Origin: Eledone cirrhosa
Lineage: Eukaryota
Assembly: GCA_964016885.1 (NCBI GenBank)
Contig: OZ024743.1
Location: forward strand, 153,140,001-153,204,000
Reading direction: 5' to 3'
DNA length: 64,000 bases
Within the stretch, counting starts at the first letter, position 1. Each line of letters opens with the position of its first letter. A program made the translations under genes and the position numbers. Below, in pieces: positions 24,243 through 34,555 of this stretch. The notes under the pieces were generated by a model, which saw nothing but the letters and a program-made list of their open reading frames with translations, did not search any database and was not told the DNA's origin.

Positions 24243-25682
24243 ATGTTAAACGCAGCGAACGAAAATAGTGGTGGGGGGACAGCGGTAAGAGTTGTAAGCT
24301 CGCACGCTTTAGTCCTCCCTTCCTTCCCAACTAACGTCATAGAGAAGGAAGGAAAAATTAAAATAAAAACAGACGAATCTGCGGAGAAAAAATTAAATGA
24401 CGAAAACACAAATCTGGACTTGGATTCCAACAACGAAAAAAAAAAATTTGAAAAATTGCATGACAATACTAATAACACAAACAAAGACACAACAAACACA
24501 AAAATAACAGTTGAAAATAACACCATATCAGAAAACAAAGCAGACGACAAGATTTCATTTGCACAGAAAACAAAGAAAGCTTTGACTTATATAGCGGAAA
24601 ACATTTCAGATGTGGTACGAAGGATCACGGACGCCAAACAATACATAAGTGAAGGAGAGAATGGTATTTTATCGGTAAAAATGCCTCAAGAATTCACGAA
24701 AGACATTGAAAGCCGAACGGTCAAGTTTCGGACCATCAACAACAGTACAAAAAAACCTGAACAGCCTTCTCAAGCAGATATCAAAACAGTACTCACAGAA
24801 GTACTTAATGAAACCACTTTCATAAGAAAAGACAGACTGTATGGAAGCCTAGCAATTATCATGAAGAACGAATCGGCGGCAAAAAAATATGCTTTGTCAC
24901 CGATTCGTTCGAAAAATTTCACCTTTTATCCATCTTATATGGGGAAAAGAACTCAACGCATATGGCTGGATGCAATGATGCCAGATGTGGACTACTGCTG
25001 GCTCATAGCTGGCTTCATCGATCCAGTGAATGACAACGTGATTTCCATTGGGAAAACCACAGGCAATGCGTTCAGTGGAACAGGTATAGAGCTGGTAGTA
25101 CAAATGAAGCCTGAACGCATCGCCCAAATACCCGACAGAATCCTATTAGAGGACCACGGGTATATAAACATCAGCGTGGAGGGGAGAAGGCCGTCCTGCC
25201 ATATATGTGCAGGCAGAGGGCACCTGAAGGCCGCTTGTCCCCAACTCAACAAAAAGAAAACCCTGCTACCAACACCAGCTCCACCACCACCACCACAACA
25301 GATAAACAAACAACAAAACTCAGTCCCACCCAACCCGTCCCTCAGTAAAACCACAACACCACCACAACACAAACAGTCACAACACATTACCCCAAAACAA
25401 AATACAGGCCCACCCAACCTCTCACTCAATAAAACAACACAACCACCGCAGACACAACACACAACACAGTCTAACATAGTGACATCCATCTCCCCCACAA
25501 AGAAAACCAACACGGAAACATTACCAGCAAACATACCTCTTCCCTCCAACACTGAAGATAACCCAACGAATTCGGAGGAAGAAACGGAGTCCTTCAGACA
25601 GATTAAAAGGAGAAAAAGAAAACATGTGCAAAACACACAAGGACAAACAACCCCCACCCAAATCTCAACACAATCCAACTAG
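24243..25682 (+). CDS. Tx1 ORF1 (gag-like nucleic-acid-binding protein with a CCHC knuckle and P/T/Q-rich linker)
   Basis: 479 aa; CHICAGRGHLKAAC is C-x2-C-x4-H-x4-C; homologous to the decayed ORF1s at 16064-16704, 41201-42229 and 56489-57322. Confidence 0.88.
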   Translation: MLNAANENSGGGTAVRVVSSHALVLPSFPTNVIEKEGKIKIKTDESAEKKLNDENTNLDLDSNNEKKKFEKLHDNTNNTNKDTTNTKITVENNTISENKADDKISFAQKTKKALTYIAENISDVVRRITDAKQYISEGENGILSVKMPQEFTKDIESRTVKFRTINNSTKKPEQPSQADIKTVLTEVLNETTFIRKDRLYGSLAIIMKNESAAKKYALSPIRSKNFTFYPSYMGKRTQRIWLDAMMPDVDYCWLIAGFIDPVNDNVISIGKTTGNAFSGTGIELVVQMKPERIAQIPDRILLEDHGYINISVEGRRPSCHICAGRGHLKAACPQLNKKKTLLPTPAPPPPPQQINKQQNSVPPNPSLSKTTTPPQHKQSQHITPKQNTGPPNLSLNKTTQPPQTQHTTQSNIVTSISPTKKTNTETLPANIPLPSNTEDNPTNSEEETESFRQIKRRKRKHVQNTQGQTTPTQISTQSN

Positions 25683-25901
25683 ACAGAAAACACCCCTCCA
25701 GCAACAAACAAAACCAAACCTGCCCCTCCCCTCTTCGAAACACTCACACCATCGGAAAAAAAGACATTACACTATACTTACATCAACAGAAACAATAATA
25801 AATTAAATGAGCTCATATACAATAATCCTTCGGTACAAACCGAAGGCGTAAACTTTGTTTCGTCAGAAAACTACCCACATTTAAAACTAATAAAGATCCC
25901 A

Positions 25902-28900
25902 ATGAACCTCTACCAAAAACTAAAAAAGGATTTTAAGGAGGACGTAGGACCACCCTCTGTCAAACCCATAAACCGCGTCCTACTAAAAAGCTTTCCCCCT
26001 CCCCTTCCCCTCCCCAACACAACTCCAAACACCCCAACCCCACCACACACTGACGACCCCACATCACCACAAGACACCCCTTCACCCAACACCCCCGACC
26101 CCATGGAAGTCGTGCAACCCTGCTTTGGCTCTGCCGCCCACATGGATGTGTTAAGAGTAGGATGTTTGAATGCACGTGGCCTGGGCTCAACTTGGAAGCA
26201 AGCAAAGCTTCTAAATGACCTCAGGTCATGTAGTATAAATGTAATGGTTATCTGTGAGACTCGAATCAGCGTCGTGCGGCAGCTGGCCCCCACCTTCGAT
26301 GACTTTGAGGTGCATGCATCTCTCTGTCAACCTGGAGGTGGGGGTGGGGTTGTCGTACTGCTGCAAAAACACCTGGGTCTTGCCATACAGGTTGTGCACT
26401 CGGACCCGGAGGGTCGTTTGTTGGTGCTAGACGTTGGCAGTAGTGAAAGTGCGGCCTTGAGACTGGTCGCCGTCTACTCCCCTTTCGGAGCTGAACCGCC
26501 CGACTTCTTCCAGCGTTTAGAGACTTTTCTGGGAACGTCGCGTTCCCTGCTTCTAGCGGGGGATTGGAATGACATCCTGGATGCACGTTGGGACTATGCA
26601 GGAGCATGTCCTAATAGAGGGGGGTGTAACAGCCTCAAGGGGTTACTCGACCGTTTTAACTTGGTCGATAGATATCGACTAGATTTTCCAACTGTGCCTA
26701 CCTGGACTTGGAGAAACCACAGTGGTCAATCTAGATCGTACTTAGATAGATTCTTAGTTAGAAGTAAGGATAGGGACATATTAAGCTGTCCAGAAATGCG
26801 CACGGTTGGCTACACGGATCACAAATTAGTGACCTGCGTGGTCAATCTCGAGAAAACACATAGACAGGGTCCCGGTTACTGGAAACTTAATTTGTCTTTA
26901 CCGGAAAAAGAGACTTACAGAAACCGGATTAGCAGATTAGTTAAGGAGAGGTTGACGGGTGCAATCGTCAACAACCGATGGTGGGCATCTCTCAAAAGAG
27001 AGATTAGAACAGAATCAATAAGTTATAGCAAGATGTTAGCTGCCGATAGGAATAGAAACGAGAAAGAATTAACAGGTAAATTAGAAGAGGCAATCAAGAG
27101 CGAAGATGTGGCCAGAGTGCTGGCATCGAGGACGGCCTTGAACCAGTTTTTCGATGCAAAGCACGAAGGCTGCGTCATTCGAAGTAAAATACGTGCTCTA
27201 GGTAATGAGGGGGCCAAAGCCGTTGGATGGGCCCGCGTGACAGAAGCTAAGAGTGGAAATCGATCCACCATCCGGTCGTTGCAAGACGAAGATGGACGGG
27301 TGATCCGGGAGCCTAAGCAGATGTGCGAGGCCTTTCAAAGGCACTTTGCCCGATTGTTCGGGGGAGGCGAGGGTCCGGGCGGGGGCGTGGATTTCGGTCC
27401 ATACCTCGACGGCCTGCCGCGTCTCTCGAGCGAAGAGGCAGAGTCCTGCGAGGGACGAATCTCGGCTGATGAGATCGGAGATGCGCTGAGCCAATGCAGC
27501 AGACGCAAATCTCCAGGTCTCGATGGTATACCTTACGAACTTTATTTAGCAATGCCGGTCTTCTTCTCCGAACTCCTCGAAGCGGTCTACTGTAATTGGC
27601 AGCAGAACGGGAGAATTCCTTGTTCTGTAGCCAAGGGCGTAGTCACGCTGGTGAGGAAGGACGAGAACAAGGGGGATAGTATAAATAATTTTCGGCCCAT
27701 AACCCTGCTAAACACAGAGTTAAAGATTTTGGCCAAGGTGTTAGCAAAGAGGTTGGCGCTTGTCGTGGGTGGCCTGGTGGGAGATGCGCAGACATGTGCT
27801 ATCCCATCCAGGTCCATTCACGATAACCTCCACCTCATGCGATACATCATAGAGAGGGTTGGCAACAAACCCGGCTTCGGTGGGGCCCTGATCAACTTGG
27901 ATCAGTCTAAGGCCTTCGATAGGGTCGACCATGGTTACCTGGATGCGGTGCTAGCGGCGGCTGGGTTCGGTCCTGTTTTCAGAGGCTGGATCACTGCCGT
28001 ACATAGCAACCACATCTGTTCTAGGATCAAGGTGAACGGCTACCTTTCGAAGCCGTTCGAAATCACACGATCCATTCGACAGGGGTGCCCTCTCTCCTCC
28101 CTTCTGTACGTATTGACTCTCGAGCCTTTACTGAGGAAGTTGGAGTTGTTGCAGGGTATCCCCCTGGAACCAGGATTGAGCAAAGCGGTGTCGGCCTACG
28201 CCGATGACGTAACAGTAATGGTATCAACCGACTCGGAGATCGAGGCGATCGGTACCTTACTGGAGGAGTACGAAAGGTTGTCAGGAGCGAAACTGAACCG
28301 GGAAAAATCCATCGGGCTGCAACTCGGAACGTGGAGAGGCAGACCGATGCCTCCTGACGGTGTCGTCGGACACTGGACGGAGGGCCCGGTAAAGTTGCTT
28401 GGGGTCTGGTTTGGACCGGACCTCCAGGTGGAAAAGAACTGGAACGAGGTTACGAACAAGGTGTTTGCACTAACCCAGAAATGGGCCAAGTGTAAGCTGT
28501 CCCTAAAAGGCCGGGCGGAGGTGGCGAACATTTTCATAGCGTCCGTCACTTACTACCGCCTGACTGTCGTGCCTTGCCCTAAGGAAACACTCACCACCAT
28601 GGAACGCATGCTCTTCCAATTTCTTTGGAAGAAGCGTCCTCCTATGGTGAGAAGATCCATCTGCTGCCAACAACCTTCGAAAGGAGGGCTGGGGATGCCG
28701 TGGTTGATGATGCGTAGGCACGCATTAAGGCTACGGCACCTACAGGTATTCCTCACTGGTCAATCGGTGTGGGCTCCGTTCGTGAAACGAGCCTTTCCGA
28801 GACTCGTCTCGCTCACCGAGCTACAGTCCTGGGTCAAGCAAAGATCCGGAAAACTGGGAGACTGGCACACTGAGTGTGCTCAGGCGCTCAGGGCTCTCTG

Positions 28901-29579
28901 GCAAGCGGGCCAGGCCATCGGTGGAGAATCCACCTCATCATTCTATAGAGGGCTGGTGGCTAGCAGGGGCGATGACACCCTTGGAGAGTCGCTGGACATG
29001 GAAGAAGACGAACTGGCCAGCCTGTTCGGTAGGACTTTCGGCCCAGGACCAATGGACAACTTCCAGAAGTCACTGGCCTGGCAGTGCTACCGGGGGGCTC
29101 TACCCGTTCGAGATAGGCTCTACAGACACGGGCGCCCGGGCAGGGATCCCTCAAAAAAGATTTGCCCTAGATGCGTGCGTCACGAAGAAACCGTTGCGCA
29201 CGCATTGGTGCAATGTCCAGGCGTGGCTGATCTGTGGGGCTACGCCGAACAACTGCTGTCGCGGGTGGCGCCGATTAAATTGACCGCCGAGTCCGTGATG
29301 ACAATCAAACCGCCTCCCCTCTTCACAAAGGAAGCAAAGGCGGTTTTTCTGTGCGTAATAGCCATGTTGAAAGAGGTTGTTTGGTGGACACGATTGAAAG
29401 GTCTGAGGTCAGGCAACTTCCTCTCTGGCCATAGTCTGGTCTACTTCTTCCGATATCACTTCGGAAGAAGGATAAGAATGGAGAGAGAGGTGCTTGGCCA
29501 CAGGCAGTTTTATGAAAGGTGGGTGATAGTGGCGAGAATGGCTCGTGTAAATGGGCCTTCTCTGTATACCATCCTGTAG
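25902..29579 (+). CDS. Tx1 ORF2: APE endonuclease, reverse transcriptase and C-terminal Cys/His domain
   Basis: 1225 aa uninterrupted; LNARG, ICETR, GDWN, SYLDR, YTDH, FRPITLLN, DQSKAFDRVDH, RQGCPLS, AYADD, CPRC...HALVQC. The endonuclease begins at about Met 26142. Confidence 0.96.
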   Translation: MNLYQKLKKDFKEDVGPPSVKPINRVLLKSFPPPLPLPNTTPNTPTPPHTDDPTSPQDTPSPNTPDPMEVVQPCFGSAAHMDVLRVGCLNARGLGSTWKQAKLLNDLRSCSINVMVICETRISVVRQLAPTFDDFEVHASLCQPGGGGGVVVLLQKHLGLAIQVVHSDPEGRLLVLDVGSSESAALRLVAVYSPFGAEPPDFFQRLETFLGTSRSLLLAGDWNDILDARWDYAGACPNRGGCNSLKGLLDRFNLVDRYRLDFPTVPTWTWRNHSGQSRSYLDRFLVRSKDRDILSCPEMRTVGYTDHKLVTCVVNLEKTHRQGPGYWKLNLSLPEKETYRNRISRLVKERLTGAIVNNRWWASLKREIRTESISYSKMLAADRNRNEKELTGKLEEAIKSEDVARVLASRTALNQFFDAKHEGCVIRSKIRALGNEGAKAVGWARVTEAKSGNRSTIRSLQDEDGRVIREPKQMCEAFQRHFARLFGGGEGPGGGVDFGPYLDGLPRLSSEEAESCEGRISADEIGDALSQCSRRKSPGLDGIPYELYLAMPVFFSELLEAVYCNWQQNGRIPCSVAKGVVTLVRKDENKGDSINNFRPITLLNTELKILAKVLAKRLALVVGGLVGDAQTCAIPSRSIHDNLHLMRYIIERVGNKPGFGGALINLDQSKAFDRVDHGYLDAVLAAAGFGPVFRGWITAVHSNHICSRIKVNGYLSKPFEITRSIRQGCPLSSLLYVLTLEPLLRKLELLQGIPLEPGLSKAVSAYADDVTVMVSTDSEIEAIGTLLEEYERLSGAKLNREKSIGLQLGTWRGRPMPPDGVVGHWTEGPVKLLGVWFGPDLQVEKNWNEVTNKVFALTQKWAKCKLSLKGRAEVANIFIASVTYYRLTVVPCPKETLTTMERMLFQFLWKKRPPMVRRSICCQQPSKGGLGMPWLMMRRHALRLRHLQVFLTGQSVWAPFVKRAFPRLVSLTELQSWVKQRSGKLGDWHTECAQALRALWQAGQAIGGESTSSFYRGLVASRGDDTLGESLDMEEDELASLFGRTFGPGPMDNFQKSLAWQCYRGALPVRDRLYRHGRPGRDPSKKICPRCVRHEETVAHALVQCPGVADLWGYAEQLLSRVAPIKLTAESVMTIKPPPLFTKEAKAVFLCVIAMLKEVVWWTRLKGLRSGNFLSGHSLVYFFRYHFGRRIRMEREVLGHRQFYERWVIVARMARVNGPSLYTIL

Positions 29580-29899
29580 GTAAAGAAGTAAAGGAGAGGG
29601 GAGCACCTTCTCCATGTGCTCCCCGGGCAAAGGATTGCACACTTTTTCGGGGGTGTGTGCAACCCCCATCACGTCCCCTCCCTTTTGAGGTTATTTTCGA
29701 TTATTTTCATGTTACACCCTTTTTACTCGATTATATGTAAACTCCCCCTTTGTATTTGTCCCTTCTTTTTATGCCTTTATGGTAAATAAAGAAATATATC
29801 TATCTATCTCCCTCTCTCTCTATATATATGTGTGTGTGTATAGAGGTAGAATACTGGAAGGTTATATCCAAAGTTGGTAGAGCACTCAGTCCAAAGGAA

Positions 29900-30730
29900 G
29901 AGTTCGGTATAATAAAAAATTAATTTATATGCACAAGGACTCATGACACCCACCTATGGCCATTAAAAACTTTGTTAAAAAAATTAGCACTAGGATTTCT
30001 AATCTTTCTTCTTACAAAGCCATCTTTGACGATGTTGTACTTTACTATAACACTGTGTTAGCCAACAGTGCCTTCTCGGATAAAATGTCTCGGTCCCCTC
30101 CTGATCACACTACCAGTAAAAGGAAAATAGAAATGCAAACATATTTTGATTCTGCCTACCCTTCTTGCTTAGAACTAATGCAAATAAGACATTTTTAGTG
30201 CTTCTAGATAAACACTTCCCTATAGGGCATATATACAGATCAATCTTTAATAGACAGAGGTTGAAGCTCAGATAATCCTGTGCTAAAAATATGAAAGCCC
30301 ACATCACCCCCAACCCCAACAGCTCTCCCCCACCTGGATGCTCTTGCAGAAATCGGGAATCATGCCCCTCCGACAACAGTATCACATTCCTGCCATCGTC
30401 TAAGAGTCTGAAGTTACCTCCACTCGGCTGAATCAATAGCTGGAGTTCAAAACATATGTAGGACTGTTGGATGATCAGTATAAAGAATGCTTTCTTGACC
30501 ATCAAGCGACTTTTAGACACTGATAAGTTATCGTCCATGGAAAGATCTCACCAAATTGAGGCCATACAGAAATGGCCATACAGTGTCCTGTAAGTTATGC
30601 ATCGATAAAAGAGTGAATATCTTGCAGAGGTTATGTAACAGTAGTTGCCTTAACATGAGAGCTGATTTTTTTAATCGCTGCTCCCATGCTGCAAAGTTTC
30701 TATTATGTAACTGGAAAGATCCAGGATAAC
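29900..30730 (+). pseudogene. decayed Penelope-like element (RT thumb, linker, GIY-YIG region)
   Basis: IKNFVKKISTRISNLSS...IFDDVVLYYNTVLANSAF, then LLDKHFP...IFNR, KTYVG and CSHAAKFLL: the typical motif order of a Penelope C-terminus. Confidence 0.7.
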
Positions 30731-31512
30731 AGAAGTTTAATCCGGACTGAACTGCCACAAATGATCTTTCGTCAAACTTTGTCCACCCTACAACAGTCTA
30801 ATTGAGTTATCTCCCTTGTCATTAAACTACCGACATCTTCAATGCAGAATCCATCCAGCTTATATATTATACTTTTGTTTTCCCTATAACACAAGATGAC
30901 AAAATTGCTGAGCAGATTTACAATTTGATTTCTGATATTTGTTTGGGTATTCCTGTTCCTCAAGACAGGATTGATGTGATATTTGTTTCCTAGTTCAAGA
31001 GAAAGGGGTCAAGTCAGTGTGTGGCAAATATCAGGGAATAAGCCTTAGATAAATAGATAGATATATCCAAATACATACAGGTATGGTTCCATGTAAAGAT
31101 TTAATGCACAAAGGAAGTGACCTATAATGAAAAACAGAATAATATAGTGTTTGGCTGTTGAAGTTAAAACTCATCCTTTCACATTTCTGTGTGGTATTTA
31201 CTCTGAATCAGAATGTTTCATATATTTAACAAGTGACTAATAGAAAACTAACTTCAAATGTATTCAATAACAACAGTTGCAATATAAACATCAGACAAAC
31301 AGATTAATTTCTATGTTTTTATAGATGAACATCTTATTTTTGGCATGAAAGAGCTTCCTTAGATAGCTAAAGTCATTATTTATCAGCTACAAAACGTTTT
31401 TTCCACGTTTTAGTATAGATTTCTCCCATTGTTTTAGTTCACTTATATTCTGCTCATTTTATTAATATTATTATTATTATTGTTATTTTCTTTCATTATT
31501 GTTTCTGAGATA

Positions 31513-31581
31513 CGGGGTCGATAAAATAAAGTACCAGTAATGTACTGTGTAATTGCTGGCCTTGTGCCTAAAATAGAAACA
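31513..31581 (+). mobile_element. 5'-truncated Meta-like SINE with an 18-bp TSD
   Basis: ATTATTGTTTCTGAGATA at 31495-31512 and 31582-31599. Confidence 0.85.
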
Positions 31582-31584
31582 ATT

Positions 31585-34525
31585 ATTGTTTCTGAGATAT
31601 ATGCCGAGTGTCTTCCTGACACCTAGGGCAAATAAATTCAGTGTGCATTGGTAAACCAGTTAATACAGCACATTGATTATAATAATGAAAAAAAAAACAG
31701 TATACATATATACACATGTGCATATGCATATGTAAATACAAGGAAGGATATCAATCTTACAGAGATAGAGCTATTCTCAATACGTGTGCAGTACCATTCA
31801 AAATAATGTTTTGCATCTCGTGCAGAGAGAATAAACCAGGAATCATTCGCAAATATTGTTCTGTTCCTTTCTTGATCATTCCCAGTCCTCCCACAATCAC
31901 TGGTATTGTCACGGCCTTGAGGTGCCACATTTTCTCAATTTCAATAAGAAGATCTTTATATTTTCGTAGCTTGTCAAATTCTTTTGCCACGATATTGTGA
32001 TCACATGGGATGCTCATATTTATCAATAAACAGACCTTGTTATGTTGATCTTTTATAATGATGTCAGGTCTATTTGCTTTTATGGTCCTCTTTTATGTAC
32101 AGGAAAGTCCCAAAGAATTGTTACTTTTTCTCCTTCAGTTACAGCCTCAGGGTGATGATTGTACCACTTGTCTTCAGCTTTGATTTTGTAATGCCGACAT
32201 ATTACCCAGTGTAGATATTAGCCAACGCTGCCACGTCTATATTTGTATTCTACTGGTGCTAAAATTTTACATCCAGAGACTAAGTGATTCACTGTTTCAA
32301 CCCCAGCATTGCAGAATCGGCACTTTGGATTTATTCCGTTTCTCATCACATTGGCCTGGTACTTACGACTCAATAAGCTGTGGTCTCGGGCAGCTAAGAT
32401 GAAGCCTTCACTCTCCACCTTTAGCCCTGAACTACGTAGCCACTGATGGGTGTGCTTTTGGTCAACATCAGCTTGTTTGCTACGGGCCACATATTTGCCA
32501 TGCAGAGGTTTCTGCTGCCAATTTGATGCTAATTGTCCTTGCCCTTTTGCTTTTGCCAATGATTTTATGTGCCTAGCAGTATCGGTTGCAGCAATTTCTT
32601 TAGTCTGTCCAGCCTGGGTATCAAGCATGAGATCAGTAGCGTATTTCTTTCTCTCCTTCAAGATAGAATGAAGCTTCTTACTTCTCTCATGCTTTTCAAC
32701 AAGTTTCAGCATACAGTCGTTAGTTGTTTCAAGATATTTGGCCAGTCCAATGATGGTGGCCGTGTAAGCAAGTTCAAATTGGATCAGGCCCCGGCCTCCC
32801 TGAGTTCTAGGAAGGTAAAGACAATCCACATCTGTTTTTGGGTGGTGCATCCTATTACAGGTCAGTTGCTTATGGACTTTGGTGTCGATTCTTTTGATTT
32901 CACTCATATTCCAGTTCAACACACCGAAGCTATAAGTGACAACTGGGACTGCCAAGGAATTTATGGCTAGGACCTTGTTACGAGCGTTTGGTTTTGATCT
33001 CAGAACTGCACGTAGTCTCCTGTAACATTCTTTCCTTATCTTCTCTTTCATACTTGCATGCTATATGCCAGAGCCCTCATTAATCCCTAAGTATTTATAG
33101 GTTTGTTCCTGCTCAAGTTCCTTTATGATCGTTTTTAGCATCCAATTCAACTGAGTCTGAGTTGACAAGCTTCCCCTTCTTGAAAGTGGCTTTTGCACAC
33201 TTGTCAAGTCAAATCTCCATCCTGATGTCATCGCTAAAAGTTTTTACTGTCCGCAAAAGTCCTTCTAGTTCGTCATTATCTTTGCAATATAGCTTAAAAT
33301 CATCCATATAAAATATGTGGCTTATTTTTTTGTTGTCAATTCTATAACCGTACCCTGTTCTATTAAGCTCGGATGTGAGGGTTATTAAAGCTATGCAGGA
33401 AAGCAAGGGCGAAAGTGAGTCACTCTGGAATGTACCACAGTTGATGTTTATATTCCTAGAGCACTGTACCCCAGTGGAATGAGACAATTGGAGATTTGTG
33501 TTCCATAATGACATATTGTGTTTCGGGAAGTTTGAGATCACAGGTGAGATTTTGAAGATGTCCAGTGATTTCAGAATCCATGAGTGTGGTATGCTGTCAA
33601 AGGCTTTTTGTAATCGATCCATGCAGAACTGAGATTTGTGTTTATTATGACAGTTCTCAAGGATCATACGATTAATCAAAAGATGATCTTTGCAACCATA
33701 TGAACCTCGTCGGCACCCTTTTTGTTCAATGGGGAAAAGATTGTTCTCCTCCAAAAATACATATGCTTTTTCCATGAGAATAGAGGTTAATAGTTTATAA
33801 GTGGTGGGCAAGCATGTTATGGGCCGATAGTTTTTTGGATCTTTGGTTTCGTTGTTCTTTGGTAGAAGGTAGGTTCTTTGGTAGGAGGTAGCAAACAATT
33901 GGTTGCTATCCAATCAGGTGTATTTTTTAGATCTTTCATAATTCTATTAAACAGCTTCACAATATATTGTGAGTGCACGGTAGTGAGGAAAGCCAGAAAT
34001 TTGGCACCCTGTCTCTACCAGATTTCCATTTATGAGATTTATTGCGTGTTGTCCTTAAGTCCGCTATAGAGATGTCTTCCCACGCCTGTTCTTCTAAATT
34101 TGTGTAGGATTTTTCCGGGCGACTAATCCAATCTACATTAGTATTGTATGTCTTCTAATCACTCCAAATCTTATTCCACAAGTTTTCAACTTCTTCTATG
34201 GTCTTCAATAATTATTTTTTTCTTCCCTACTTCTCTATGAAATGACTTGGCATTGGATGAGAACAACTTATTTTGCCTGTAGAAGTTGTCTCGCTTCTCG
34301 AATCTACGAATTCGTTGGGCTTTTGCTTGGACTTTCTGTTGCAGAGTTTCTTTTGTTGAAACTATTGCTTCTCTAGCAGACAGTCCATATTTTCTCTTTA
34401 GCTTTCTTACCTTCTTGGATCTTATATCATTTCCAGCGGTTAACTCACTCAATAAAGATATTTCTCCTCTCATTACGTCAATCTCCTTTTCGATTCTACT
34501 ACTCCAAATTGGTTTATCTCGAAGG
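31585..34525 (-). mobile_element. R4/Dong-like RLE LINE, decayed and 5'-truncated
   Basis: ORFs 34186-34473, 33209-33913 (YRPITCL, QSDSLSP, FYMDD), 32218-33051 (GGRGL, KPLHGKY, CRFC...HLVSGC) and 31757-32026 (KYKDL, VIVGGLG). Confidence 0.92.
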
Positions 34526-34555
34526 TTTTTATTATTATTATTATTATTATTATTG

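Larger units (their letters stand above)
24013..29796 (+). mobile_element. full-length L1/Tx1-clade LINE with a 16-bp TSD
   Basis: TATCTATCTATCTCCC at 23997-24012 and 29797-29812; ORF1, ORF2 and a 3' UTR with AATAAA. Confidence 0.95.

Noticed and set aside
24992-29672. Many minus-strand ORFs overlapping the Tx1 coding region, and equivalents in other copies
   Set aside because: Antisense shadows of GC-richer coding DNA with no motifs and no conserved boundaries.
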